From Bacteroidales bacterium (GTDB lineage: Bacteria > Bacteroidota > Bacteroidia > Bacteroidales > UBA7960): a stretch of DNA of 64,000 bases. The stretch covers positions 9,242 to 73,241 of the forward strand of contig PXAA01000123.1 of the NCBI GenBank assembly GCA_003567205.1, in the 5' to 3' direction. This document shows, piece by piece, positions 54,015 through 64,000 of this stretch. The notes under the pieces were generated by a model. It was not told the DNA's origin. It made no database searches and saw only the letters and a program-made list of their open reading frames with translations. A program made the position numbers and the translations under genes. Every line of letters begins with the position of its first letter. Position 1 is the stretch's first letter.

Positions 54015-55088
54015 TTATAAATTATCCAAAACTACCGGAAGCCCATGGCGGAGCTGCAAAACACCGGTGGTAAGCAAAGTGTCGCCGAATACCAGCCCGT
54101 CGAGTATCTGAACCCTGTCTTCTGTCCGGATCCCGGTCCTGACATAAACGGCCTGTGCCTGCCCTGACCTGTAAACAAACACCCTGTCGCCCTCCATTTC
54201 CGGGATCAGGGCTTCCGATGGAATAGCAATGGCATCGAGTGTTTCAGAAAGCTGCATGGCGATGGACGCAAAACGGCCGGGTTTCATCTCTTCGTCCACA
54301 TTATCGTATAGTGCACGTACACGGATTGTACGTGTCCTGTCGTCTACCACAGGATTTACTGCATAAACTTCTGCCCGCATTGGCTCCAGAACGCCATCAA
54401 CACGAAAATTAATGGGGAAACCAGGCATAATCTCGCCGGCATAACGCTCGGGCACGGTAAATTCCAGCTTCAGCGGACTGACTTTGATCAGCCGTGCCAG
54501 TTGTGTACTGGGCGAAGCATAGCTGCCTTCACTCAGGTAACGTAACCCGACAATACCATCAAAGGGTGCACGGATTTCTGTTTCAGCAATACGGGCCTCA
54601 AGCAGTTCAATATCTGCATCCAGGGTCTCCAGTTCGGTAACAGCCTGGTCGTAGGCTTCCTGGCTGATGGCATCCCTTTCCAGAAGGCTCCGCTGGCGAA
54701 ATTCCCTTTCAACAAGCAGGCGTCGCTGGGCCTGCAGCTTTTGCAACTGGGCCTGGAGGTGCCTGTCGTTCATTTTGGCAAGCAAATCACCCTCCTGCAC
54801 ATGCGAGCCTTCCTGAAAATAGAGTCCAACCACCTTTCCGCTGGTCTCAAAAGCCAGGTCAACCTCCTCATCCGGGAGCAACGTTCCGGTGCTTCTCACC
54901 TGGTCCCGTATTGGAGTTGGCGACAATATGTAGCCACTAACACTTAAGGGACGACGTTGCTGGGGCTGAAAGGCTGTTTCTTCATCTGTTCCGCCAGGGA
55001 ACAATGGCCTGACCTTCGGATAGGCAATGATCCCGACAAGCAGGGTCAAAATGGCCAGGTTTACAAAAAATCGGATGTTTTTATTCAT
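54015..55088 (-). CDS. RND periplasmic adaptor (membrane fusion protein)
   Basis: N-terminal TM segment, IRAPFDG, lipoyl and hairpin pattern. Confidence 0.94.
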   Translation of the reverse strand: MNKNIRFFVNLAILTLLVGIIAYPKVRPLFPGGTDEETAFQPQQRRPLSVSGYILSPTPIRDQVRSTGTLLPDEEVDLAFETSGKVVGLYFQEGSHVQEGDLLAKMNDRHLQAQLQKLQAQRRLLVEREFRQRSLLERDAISQEAYDQAVTELETLDADIELLEARIAETEIRAPFDGIVGLRYLSEGSYASPSTQLARLIKVSPLKLEFTVPERYAGEIMPGFPINFRVDGVLEPMRAEVYAVNPVVDDRTRTIRVRALYDNVDEEMKPGRFASIAMQLSETLDAIAIPSEALIPEMEGDRVFVYRSGQAQAVYVRTGIRTEDRVQILDGLVFGDTLLTTGVLQLRHGLPVVLDNL

Positions 55089-55318
55089 TGAAAATGATCT
55101 GTATATAAAACAACATTAGCATTTGACTAACTTAATCATAATAGGTTTTAATACCAGGGAATATTTTCCAGATTATTTATTATCTAAACAGTTGAACCGA
55201 TAAAATGTTTCAGTGGGTCAGACATCCCCCAATTTGTTTATATGTAGATCATTTTGTTAATTTGCAAATTGTCACTCCCGCAAAAGTAGTGGGTTTTGAC
55301 TGAATTATCCGCTACAAA

Positions 55319-55894
55319 GTGCAGTTTAGAAAAAGAATTAACATACCTAATTTATTGTCCTTTTACCGGCTACTGTCTTTCCCGGTAATTCTGTTCCTGG
55401 CTTTGGCCGGCTTCCAGCAGGCCTTTGCCGTAATGATCATCATCAACCTGATTACGGATGTGCTGGACGGACTTCTTGCCAGGATGCTGAAGCAACAAAC
55501 CGAATTTGGGGCCCGGATCGATACCATTGCCGATATAGGTACCTATATTCTGGTTTTCCTGGGAATCTGGTTATTTAAAAGAGCGGATTTTGCCCCGCAT
55601 GTAGTGAGCTTCTCTGTTTTTATCGGGTTGCTGGTTGTCGCCCTCGGCCTTTCACTTATTAAGTTTGGCAGGTTTCCCAGCCTTCACCTCTATTCCTGGA
55701 AAATCGGGGGTTACATTCAGGGAACATTCTTTTTTACGCTCTTTGCCTTTGGTTTTATTACCCCGTTTTACTATATCATGGTATACTGGGGGATTTTCGC
55801 TTTTCTGGAACACATCATTATCCAGCTTATTATTCCGGAGATGAGGAGTAATGTGAAGGGACTGTATTGGGTGGCTAGGGGAAGAAGTAGTTAG
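55319..55894 (+). CDS. CDP-alcohol phosphatidyltransferase family protein
   Basis: NIPNLLS.YR; DVLDGLLAR...G...DTIAD signature. Confidence 0.9.
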   Translation: MQFRKRINIPNLLSFYRLLSFPVILFLALAGFQQAFAVMIIINLITDVLDGLLARMLKQQTEFGARIDTIADIGTYILVFLGIWLFKRADFAPHVVSFSVFIGLLVVALGLSLIKFGRFPSLHLYSWKIGGYIQGTFFFTLFAFGFITPFYYIMVYWGIFAFLEHIIIQLIIPEMRSNVKGLYWVARGRSS

Positions 55895-55937
55895 TAGTTA
55901 GTAATTAGTAATTAGTATTTAGTATTTGGTAATTAGT
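55886..55937 (+). repeat. Heptamer array (AGTAATT family, 7 units)
   Basis: agtagtt agtagtt agtaatt agtaatt agtattt agtattt ggtaatt. Confidence 0.85.
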
Positions 55938-55989
55938 GGGGAGAATTGTGGGTTTAGTATAAAATTTGTTTATAAATGAATTTTTGCTG

Positions 55990-56739
55990 ATGGAGGGGGT
56001 ATTGTATCAGGTCATATTGGGTTATTTCGTTCTGGGGGCGATTGCGTTTGCTTTTATAGGCCGGGGAAAAAGCAGGGAGCAAAAAAAGGAGATCTGGCTG
56101 AAATACGGCACCTATGTGATCATTATCCACGCCCTGTTTGGCAGCATTTATTTCGGGCCACATTATTTCTCTTACCTGGCCTTCCTGTTTGTGGCCGTGG
56201 GTTACACAGAGCTGATAAAAGTATGGTGGGCCGGAAGGGCACATCGCAAGATCAAGGGGTCGCATCCCAAACCGTATTTCTTTTTCCTGTCTGTTGTATG
56301 CTATACCATCCTGGCGCTTCCGTTCCTGTTGTTCAGTTTTTCAGACCGGGGGGCCTTGTATTTTGTTTTTGCTGTGGTAACCGTCTTTGACGCATTCAGT
56401 CAAATAAGCGGCCAGCTGCTGGGCGGAAAAAAACTGATCCCGTCTGTCAGTCCGCGCAAAACAATAGCCGGTTCGGCTGGCGGCGCATTTTTTGCACTGG
56501 TCACAGCGATATTCTTAGTGGGCTTCATTAATACTGGCAGGGGATCTGCCTTGCTTTTTAGCGCAATCATCGTTATCTTTGCATTGTTGGGGGATCTTCT
56601 GGCATCCTATTATAAAAGACAATATGATGTAAAGGATTTCGGCAGCTTGCTGCCCGGGCATGGCGGGTTCCTCGACAGGTTTGACAGTCTGATAGCCGGT
56701 GGTGCCGTCATGTATTTTTTAAACAGCCTGATGTCATGA
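55990..56739 (+). CDS. Phosphatidate cytidylyltransferase (CdsA) family protein
   Basis: SPRKTIAG, KRQYDVKDFGSLLPGHGGFLDRFDS. Confidence 0.9.
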   Translation: MEGVLYQVILGYFVLGAIAFAFIGRGKSREQKKEIWLKYGTYVIIIHALFGSIYFGPHYFSYLAFLFVAVGYTELIKVWWAGRAHRKIKGSHPKPYFFFLSVVCYTILALPFLLFSFSDRGALYFVFAVVTVFDAFSQISGQLLGGKKLIPSVSPRKTIAGSAGGAFFALVTAIFLVGFINTGRGSALLFSAIIVIFALLGDLLASYYKRQYDVKDFGSLLPGHGGFLDRFDSLIAGGAVMYFLNSLMS

Positions 56740-57407
56740 GCCAGGAACTCTTCTTTACCATTCTGTATATCATTGCCTTTGTTGCTATACTGGCCACCGG
56801 CGAAATCCTGTATTCCATCCTGAAAGTTAAAACAGAGTATACCAGGAAATTTGCACACGGCACCGCTTCACTGCTCTCGCTTACCTTTCCACTGATCTAT
56901 AATTCCTATGAATACGTCCTGGTAATGGGCATTGTATTCTTCTTCTTGCTGCTTATTGCCAAATGGCGCAATTTGTTACGGTCAATTGACGATGTTTCCA
57001 GAAAAACCTATGGCGGCATATTGCTGCCTGTGGCTATTGCCGGCTCCTTTATTGTGTCCGTATGGCTTGACGACACCAAATTATTCATAATCCCTATCCT
57101 TCTGCTGGGTGTGAGCGATTCTCTGGCAGGGATCACGGGAGTATATTTTGGCGAAAAACTACGCAAGGTCATGATATATAAGCTGCAGCTTAATAAAACC
57201 TACCTGGGCAGTACCGTCTTCTTTTTTACATCACTGGCCATTTCTTTATGTACACTGTATTATTTTATGGGCAATTACAGCACACAGACCATCATGATGG
57301 CCATATCGGTGGCTGCCGGGGCTGCCCTTGTGGAAGTTTTCAGTTCAAAAGGTCTCGATAACTTTACCGTCCCCCTCACTGCCCTGATTATTTTATTGAT
57401 GTTTTAA
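56736..57407 (+). CDS. CTP-dependent polyprenol/diacylglycerol kinase family protein (dolichol/phytol kinase-like)
   Basis: TRKFAH, SDSLAG, KTYLGS, LDNFTVP; multi-TM; ATGA overlap with the upstream gene. Confidence 0.8.
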   Translation: MSQELFFTILYIIAFVAILATGEILYSILKVKTEYTRKFAHGTASLLSLTFPLIYNSYEYVLVMGIVFFFLLLIAKWRNLLRSIDDVSRKTYGGILLPVAIAGSFIVSVWLDDTKLFIIPILLLGVSDSLAGITGVYFGEKLRKVMIYKLQLNKTYLGSTVFFFTSLAISLCTLYYFMGNYSTQTIMMAISVAAGAALVEVFSSKGLDNFTVPLTALIILLMF

Positions 57408-57424
57408 CCAAGGATGCGTTAGAT

Positions 57425-60400
57425 ATGCACGTTTACAGTGGTCTTCGCAAAAAGTACCTGCTTCCGGATAACTTGTTCGCACCCGACGGAAAATTGTCAA
57501 TCACCGGTTTTCCCGCCCTGCGCCGTTTGGTTTTTATACTCAACAGCCATAAACAAGACGGTGAACCATTGTATCCCGGCGAACTAAGGGCCTCTTCGTT
57601 GCTCCTGGAAATTTCACAATTCCTGCTTGGCGTCTATGCAAAACAGATTAAAAGAAATGTTTTCTCAGAAGCAAGCGCTAAACTGGAAGAACAAATGGGG
57701 CGCAATGTCCTTTTTTCCCTGGCAGAAGATATTACAAAGCGTTTTCCTCCAGCGGATGTCTTTAATCAAAGCATAACAGCCGCACAATACCTGGCCAAAA
57801 AAACGGGCAACCGGCCGCATCTTCATCAGGCCATCGAAGAAGCCCTGATTTTGCACCTGGCCAACGAAAACCCCGTCAACAATAAACTGAAGATCCTTTT
57901 CGACAAAGCCTATTTGGATAATCCGGAGGATTTTGACGGACTGATTAACAAAATGGAAAGTTTCTTAAAGACAATGCCCCCTTTCGGGCCAGAGCATACA
58001 GACATCTGTTCCTTTTTAAAAACCCCTTTCAGGGTTTCGCCCAACAATATCGATGGCCAGGTGGATTATGTCCTTACGCAATGGAAACATATACTCCCCG
58101 AAGCATTGTTGCTGAAACTTATCCGGAGCAAAGACCTGATGAAGGAGGATTACAATATGACCGGCCATGGGGCCGGAGGGGCCCCGCCAAGCGTGGTTCC
58201 GGGATATGGGAAAAAGGGTCAACCGGGCGAAATGCGCCTCGGTAAATCAGGATTTGACGCTATAAAGGCTGCCGCCGAAGACTACGAAGAAGCCGAAGCC
58301 TTCACCCCCGACACCCATTGGATGCCGCGCGTGGTATTGATTGCCAAAAACACCTATGTATGGCTCGATCAGCTTTCGAAAAAATACCAGCGCGAAATAC
58401 GCAGGCTCGACCAGATTCCGGATGAGGAGCTGGACCGTTTGGCCGGATGGCATTTTAACGGACTCTGGCTTATCGGCATTTGGGAAAGAAGCACTGCCTC
58501 GCGCAAGATCAAACACCTGATGGGCAACCAGGATGCCATATCTTCGGCCTATGCACTCTATGATTATGAGATCGCCAGTGATCTGGGCGGTGAGCAAGCC
58601 TACCACACCCTGAATGAGAGGGCACGCATGCGGGGACTGAGGCTGGCCAGCGATATGGTACCCAACCATACGGGCATTTATTCCAGGTGGGTAATAGAAC
58701 GCCCGGATCATTTCATCCAATCGGGGCATCCACCTTTTCCGGGCTATTCTTTTACAGGTGAAAATCTGTCCGGTCATCCCCATATCGAAATCCGCATCGA
58801 AGACGGGTATTACAATAATACCGACGCCGCCGTGGTCTTTCAGCGTATAGACAGGCAACACGGTGATGTCCGTTACATCTATCACGGGAACGATGGCACC
58901 ATGATGCCATGGAACGATACCGCACAACTCGACATGATCAAGGCGGAAGTGCGTGAAGCAGTGATGCAGAAAATCTTCGATGTGGCACGTAAATTCTCTA
59001 TCATCCGTTTCGATGCCGCCATGACGCTGGCAAAAAAACATTTTTCCAGGTTGTGGTATCCCCGGCCAGGAAGCGGGGGCGATATCCCCTCACGGGCAGA
59101 CCATGCCATGTCAAAAGAAACCTTTGACAGGATGTTCCCGGTGGAGTTCTGGCGCGAAGTCGTCGACCGCATCAATACAGAATTGCCTGACACATTATTG
59201 CTGGCCGAAGCATTCTGGTTCATGGAGGGCTATTTTGTCCGAACGCTTGGCATGCACAGGGTATACAACTCTGCGTTTATGCACATGCTAAAGAATGAAG
59301 AAAATGAAAAATACAGAGATCTGATTACCAACACCCTGGAGTTTGAACCGGAAATCCTGAAGCGCTATGTAAACTTCATGAGTAACCCCGACGAGGAAAC
59401 GGCGATACAGCAATTTGGCACAGGGGACAAATATTTCGGCATTTGCGTGCTGATGAATACCCTGCCCGGGCTTCCCATGTTTGCTCACGGCCAGATCGAA
59501 GGCTTTACGGAAAAGTACGGTATGGAATACCAGCGGGCATATTACCACGAAAAACCCAATCAACACCTGGTGGAAAGGCACGAAAGGGAGATATTCCCCC
59601 TGATGGGGAAACGTTACCTGTTCAACGAAGTAAAGCACTTTAACTTTTATGATTACATCAGCCATGATGGCCGCATTAACGAAAATGTATTTGCCTACAG
59701 CAACCGCCATGACAATGAAAAAGCCCTTATCCTGTTCAACAATAAATATGAGATGGCCAGCGGGCATATCCGTGTGTCAGTCCCCAGGCTGGTAAGTGAA
59801 GGGAGTCAGAAAATAATAAACACTGCCGCATTGGCCGTCGCCCTTGGCATGCAAAATGCCGGCGATGTTTATTATCACGCCCGCGAGCATGTTTCCGGCA
59901 TGGAATATTTGTTCATGGGAGCAGATATCCACCGCGATGGTTTTCACTGGTCTTTACAGGGATTTGAATATCGTGTATTTTTGTCTTTCAGGGAGCTCCG
60001 CGATTCGGACGGAAGCCTGGGGGAACTGCACAGCCGGCTGCAAGGCCGGGGGACGGAGTCGCTGGAAAAAGCACTGGCACTGCAAAAACTGGGGGATGTC
60101 CACGCTGCTTTTGAACATATATTTGAACATGAATCCCTGCACACCTTTATTGAAAACACCATTCGCACCGGCAAACCCGGCACCCATGAAAAAAGCATTG
60201 ATTTGCTATGCAGCAGATTTCAAAGTTTTGCAGGTATTGCCTGCCGTAAACTGAACATCCCCGACAATTCCGCTCAATTAAACAAAGCGTTCCGGCAGCA
60301 CCTGGAAACCATTCCTGAAGGTATGCATTTTCTATCCATTCCTGGTCACTGGACAAAACCCAGGCCGGCCGACAGTACATTTCTTTTACCAGAATACATG

Positions 60401-61054
60401 ATGGTGCTGGCCAGTACCAGTGCGTATTGCGAAAACACCATGCTGCTGCTGGCCTACTATGTATTGAAGACCATGCAGGAAGGTATCAGGGCAAGCGGGC
60501 AGGAACCGGGAAATATCAGCACAAACGGACGGGAATTCGGGCTCATAGGACAGTTGCTATTGGAATGGCCGCTGGAAAACGTATTAAAACACACCGGCCG
60601 GAGTGCCCTGGATATACACAAAGACAAACAACTGGTGGTGATCCTCCTGAGGTTCGGAGACCATGCCTTCTGTTTTCAGGACAAAACAAGCACACGGGGC
60701 AGGCCCGGCAAAAAGACCGGGAAAGACCCGGCCATGGCCAAACAATTTGGAATTGTAATAGAGATGCTTGATGATCCGCTGGTACGCGAATACCTTGGGA
60801 CCAACCAATATGAAGGTACCTGGTACTATAGCAAAGAACAGTTCGGCCAACTGACCCGGTGGCTGTTCTCTACATCCTATCTGTCCTGTTTCAGGCAAAA
60901 GCAAACAGCACGCAGCAAAAACAAGTTGCTGTTGACAATACAACGCATGGCCGGTTTTTTGCAGAAAATTACGGGACTCTCCGACCAGGCTTCCTATCAG
61001 CTTCACATACTATCCGAAAAGCTCCAACACCACAAAAAATCACTTCAACCCTAA
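57425..61054 (+). CDS. Large GH13 alpha-amylase-family protein
   Basis: LASDMVPNH, IRFDAAM, LAEAFW, MSNPDE; 1209 aa; no signal peptide. Confidence 0.85.
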   Translation: MHVYSGLRKKYLLPDNLFAPDGKLSITGFPALRRLVFILNSHKQDGEPLYPGELRASSLLLEISQFLLGVYAKQIKRNVFSEASAKLEEQMGRNVLFSLAEDITKRFPPADVFNQSITAAQYLAKKTGNRPHLHQAIEEALILHLANENPVNNKLKILFDKAYLDNPEDFDGLINKMESFLKTMPPFGPEHTDICSFLKTPFRVSPNNIDGQVDYVLTQWKHILPEALLLKLIRSKDLMKEDYNMTGHGAGGAPPSVVPGYGKKGQPGEMRLGKSGFDAIKAAAEDYEEAEAFTPDTHWMPRVVLIAKNTYVWLDQLSKKYQREIRRLDQIPDEELDRLAGWHFNGLWLIGIWERSTASRKIKHLMGNQDAISSAYALYDYEIASDLGGEQAYHTLNERARMRGLRLASDMVPNHTGIYSRWVIERPDHFIQSGHPPFPGYSFTGENLSGHPHIEIRIEDGYYNNTDAAVVFQRIDRQHGDVRYIYHGNDGTMMPWNDTAQLDMIKAEVREAVMQKIFDVARKFSIIRFDAAMTLAKKHFSRLWYPRPGSGGDIPSRADHAMSKETFDRMFPVEFWREVVDRINTELPDTLLLAEAFWFMEGYFVRTLGMHRVYNSAFMHMLKNEENEKYRDLITNTLEFEPEILKRYVNFMSNPDEETAIQQFGTGDKYFGICVLMNTLPGLPMFAHGQIEGFTEKYGMEYQRAYYHEKPNQHLVERHEREIFPLMGKRYLFNEVKHFNFYDYISHDGRINENVFAYSNRHDNEKALILFNNKYEMASGHIRVSVPRLVSEGSQKIINTAALAVALGMQNAGDVYYHAREHVSGMEYLFMGADIHRDGFHWSLQGFEYRVFLSFRELRDSDGSLGELHSRLQGRGTESLEKALALQKLGDVHAAFEHIFEHESLHTFIENTIRTGKPGTHEKSIDLLCSRFQSFAGIACRKLNIPDNSAQLNKAFRQHLETIPEGMHFLSIPGHWTKPRPADSTFLLPEYMMVLASTSAYCENTMLLLAYYVLKTMQEGIRASGQEPGNISTNGREFGLIGQLLLEWPLENVLKHTGRSALDIHKDKQLVVILLRFGDHAFCFQDKTSTRGRPGKKTGKDPAMAKQFGIVIEMLDDPLVREYLGTNQYEGTWYYSKEQFGQLTRWLFSTSYLSCFRQKQTARSKNKLLLTIQRMAGFLQKITGLSDQASYQLHILSEKLQHHKKSLQP

Positions 61055-61090
61055 CGCCGGAAAACCTCCACAGAACCATATAATTATAAA

Positions 61091-61125
61091 ACTAAATACC
61101 AATTACTATCTACTAATTACTAACT
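61091..61125 (-). repeat. Heptamer array (AGTAATT family, 5 units, minus strand)
   Basis: actaaat accaatt actatct actaatt actaact on the + strand. Confidence 0.7.
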
Positions 61126-61694
61126 CAAATCGGTTCTGTAAGATCAAAATCTGCCTGAAACACAATGTCGCCATCGTAGAGCAGGCGGTAAGAAAAAGTG
61201 GTCATCTCTTCGTCCATCACTACATGCCATTCCCGGCCAAAGTTCCCATCGAGCAATTCCCTGGAATATTCATCCTTGGGAAAATATTGCGCATAAGCCG
61301 TTCCCTTTCCGTCTGAATAACCTCCATAAAGGGTATTGGCTTCAGGGGTTCCATCAGGGTACCTGTGGTCGTGGCGAAAACGCAGACGGCCATCCTCTAC
61401 AAGAAACATCCAGGTGCGTGAAGTATCGTCCGACAGATGAAAAGGAATCAGCACGCGGTCTTCTTCACAAAGGGTCACATGCATTATAAAATCAAGATGT
61501 GCCCAGCTATCGCGTCCATCCGCCATAAATGTTTCCTCCCCACGGAATGATTGTCCGCATAAGCTGGCCAGATTATCCAGAAAAGCCCGCTCTTCGGCTG
61601 ATAACTGAACCTCTTCGGCAGTTTCGCGAGGTGTCTGCCCGCAGGCAGAAAACAAAACGATGGCTGTCAACGCCACAAAAAATAGTCTGTACAT
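61125..61694 (-). CDS. Hypothetical lipoprotein
   Basis: Lipobox FSAC; LCGQSFRG, IPFH..D.SRTW, RHDHR..DG. Confidence 0.75.
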   Translation of the reverse strand: MYRLFFVALTAIVLFSACGQTPRETAEEVQLSAEERAFLDNLASLCGQSFRGEETFMADGRDSWAHLDFIMHVTLCEEDRVLIPFHLSDDTSRTWMFLVEDGRLRFRHDHRYPDGTPEANTLYGGYSDGKGTAYAQYFPKDEYSRELLDGNFGREWHVVMDEEMTTFSYRLLYDGDIVFQADFDLTEPI

Positions 61695-61832
61695 GTTTAC
61701 GTGTTTTTAGTTCATTGAATGTTTGGCTATGCGAACATAGTAATTTTTTTGATGATCCGGTGTAACTTTTTTCAGGAGCACTGCGTCATACGTTCGAAAA
61801 CAAACACAAACACCTCACACAATCACAAAACA

Positions 61833-62582
61833 ATGCATATGCAAACAAAAAAAACAATCCAAAAGCCATTCCTGCTGCTTATCTTTATTGTGGCGGGATT
61901 TCTGTTGCAAAGCTGCTATGTTGGCAGCAACAACATAATCAAGGGGGATGGCAATGTGCTGACCACCACCCATCAGCTGGAGCATTTCAAGATCATTAAC
62001 ATCACCGGAATGTATGATGTAAAACTTTTGGCCGGCCAGGAGGCTGTTGTGGTGCTGGAAACAGACAAGAACATCCAGGATCTGACTGAAATCAAGGTGA
62101 AAAACAACACCTTGTATATCCGCAACTTAGAAGAAGGGGTTTACCGTCCTACCAAAATGGAAATGCACATTACATACCCGGACCTGGAGCAGATCATGAT
62201 CGGGGGTGCTTGTAAGCTGCAGTCTGAAACCACTGTGAGCAGTGAAACACTTTTGATTGACATTGGCGGGGCAGCCGACATTACCATGGAGCTGGATGTG
62301 GAAGAGTTGATCACAAAAATAGCGGGTGCGGCCAATATTTTTTATGAAGGCCGTGCAAGCTTCCACCAGGCAACTTTGTCGGGGGCCAGCAATATGCGCG
62401 CAGAAAACTTGCTAACCCGTGAAACCCGCATAAACCTCTCAGGGGCAGGCTCCGCACATGTGCATGCCAGCCGTCACCTGCATGCCATACTCAGCGGTGT
62501 TGGTTCCATCAGGTACTACGGCAATCCTGCCGAAATCATTACCGAAAGAAGCGGATTGGGAAATATCCGCAGCGCAGAATAA
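61833..62582 (+). CDS. DUF2807 (head GIN) lipoprotein
   Basis: Lipobox LQSC, IKGDGNV, repeated xSGAS/GAG beta-helix units, YYGNP. Confidence 0.85.
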   Translation: MHMQTKKTIQKPFLLLIFIVAGFLLQSCYVGSNNIIKGDGNVLTTTHQLEHFKIINITGMYDVKLLAGQEAVVVLETDKNIQDLTEIKVKNNTLYIRNLEEGVYRPTKMEMHITYPDLEQIMIGGACKLQSETTVSSETLLIDIGGAADITMELDVEELITKIAGAANIFYEGRASFHQATLSGASNMRAENLLTRETRINLSGAGSAHVHASRHLHAILSGVGSIRYYGNPAEIITERSGLGNIRSAE

Positions 62583-62622
62583 AACAAAAAACGAATAAAA
62601 GAATCTAATAAATTATTTAACC

Positions 62623-64000
62623 ATGAAAACAAAAATGATGATCACAAAGATCCTGCTGGCATTAATGGCAACCATCCCTGCCACATTAACGGCGCAAAGC
62701 GTCACCGAATCAAGGCAAGTTGGCCCGTTCAACGGAGTGGAAGCAAGCAGCGTATTCCGGGTATCCGTGACCCAAAACGATGAATATTTCCTCGAAATCG
62801 AGGCCCCGGAAGAACACATGGAGTACATTGAAACCATCGTAAAAGACGGCATCTTATTCATCGACTATGGCAGAAGTTTTCGTAATCTGAGAAACCTGGA
62901 AGTACGCGTCACTGCCCCTGAATACATTTACTTACATGCCGGCGGGACTTCTTCCATCAACAGCACAAACACTCTGAGCGCACCTGCCATGCAGTTGAAA
63001 GTTTCAGGGGCTGCCTCCATGGAAGTTTCGTTAATTGCCGACCACCTGATCTCCACTGTAAGCGGGGCAAGTAATTTGACAGTCAGTGGGGAAGCCCTCC
63101 TGCATGAACTTACCGTAAGCGGTGTGTCCGGAATACGGGCCTTTGAACTGGAAACCAGCACAACCGATGCAAAGAGCTCGGGAACTTCCAGCGCACGCAT
63201 CAGGGTGCAGGATGCCCTGACAGCACAAGCCAGCGGCACCTCAGGCATCATTGTACGCGGAAACCCGGCTGTGGCAGATTACACAACTTCAGGTACTGCC
63301 AGCGTACGCGGTGTCAATGCCACCCCGGCCCCTGTGCCCGAAAAAGCACCCAATGCCGAAATAAAAACAAAAAATGATGACACCCTGGTGATCAGTGTAG
63401 GCCACAGGGAAGTGGTAATTATTGATGGAAAAAGTCCCCGGGTCACGACCAGGAAAGTATACCGGAATATCTGGCGTAATGAATGGTCAGGGTTCTATCT
63501 CGGGATCAACGGATACATGACCCCGGACAGAAGCCTTAACCTGAATCCCGGCGACCAATACCTGGATCTTGAATACAATAATTCCATCCAGGTGAACCTC
63601 AACCTGTGGCAGCAAAGCATGGTTCTTATTAGCGGCAGCAACAGCGCGCTGGGCCTTGTATCCGGAATCGGATTCAGCTGGAACAATTACCGTTTCTCAG
63701 AAAACATCCGCCTGGTTCATGAGCAAGATTCCCTGGGCTACTTTTTTGACGATGATTTCAGTTTCAGGAAAAACAAACTGACCGTTTCCCACCTCAACGT
63801 GCCCCTGATGCTTGAATTCCAGACCAGGCAACATTACGGAAGCAGAACCCCGTTTCATATATCGGCCGGGATCAACGTGGGGCTTCGTCTCCGCAGCCAC
63901 ACCAAGCAGGTATACAAGGATAATGGCAGCCGCCAGAAAGACAAGGATTTTAAGAGTTTTCACCTGGCACCCTTCCACTACGAGGCCATAGCTCGCATTG
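62623..64000 (+). CDS. DUF2807 domain fused to a C-terminal outer-membrane beta-barrel-like domain, runs off the window edge
   Basis: Hand translated from ATG 62623: signal peptide, SGAS/SGTS repeats, then WSGFYLGINGY...LNVPLMLEFQ. Absent from the ORF track, consistent with no stop inside the window. Confidence 0.8.
   Translation, partial: MKTKMMITKILLALMATIPATLTAQSVTESRQVGPFNGVEASSVFRVSVTQNDEYFLEIEAPEEHMEYIETIVKDGILFIDYGRSFRNLRNLEVRVTAPEYIYLHAGGTSSINSTNTLSAPAMQLKVSGAASMEVSLIADHLISTVSGASNLTVSGEALLHELTVSGVSGIRAFELETSTTDAKSSGTSSARIRVQDALTAQASGTSGIIVRGNPAVADYTTSGTASVRGVNATPAPVPEKAPNAEIKTKNDDTLVISVGHREVVIIDGKSPRVTTRKVYRNIWRNEWSGFYLGINGYMTPDRSLNLNPGDQYLDLEYNNSIQVNLNLWQQSMVLISGSNSALGLVSGIGFSWNNYRFSENIRLVHEQDSLGYFFDDDFSFRKNKLTVSHLNVPLMLEFQTRQHYGSRTPFHISAGINVGLRLRSHTKQVYKDNGSRQKDKDFKSFHLAPFHYEAIARI

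Noticed and set aside
55886..61125. Inverted heptamer arrays as transposon ends
   Set aside because: They are low-complexity and not exact inverted copies, there is no transposase between them, and a third copy lies elsewhere.

Overview
A 64-kb chromosomal window from a Bacteroidota (Bacteroidales-like) bacterium. The assignment rests on TAnnTTTG -7 promoter boxes, a T9SS C-terminal domain, and the DUF4271-hemD-rnpA-yidD-S41 gene order. All calls are from motif recognition by eye; no database searches were run. The housekeeping backbone is intact: tRNA-Gln, ribE, sdh/frd CAB, tadA, aspS, ABC-F, rnpA/yidD, pta-ackA, cysS, an RND efflux operon and many peptidases. Accessory content includes an IS3 end next to the tRNA, a FISUMP lipoprotein, an ArsR/thioredoxin/permease module, a carotenoid cluster, a three-gene CTP-dependent lipid module and a large GH13-like gene. 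Most notable: (1) six accessory genes appear hollowed out by internal deletions while neighbouring core genes are intact; (2) a lipid kinase + cytidylyltransferase + CDP-alcohol phosphotransferase trio could form a self-contained pathway; (3) a PflX-like radical SAM protein carries a Tat-like signal; (4) two candidate U/G-rich sRNAs share a motif; (5) a 16-bp ArsR-type operator occurs twice over promoters; (6) heptamer arrays sit at gene 3' ends. I saw no CRISPR array, prophage, intact transposase or reverse transcriptase.
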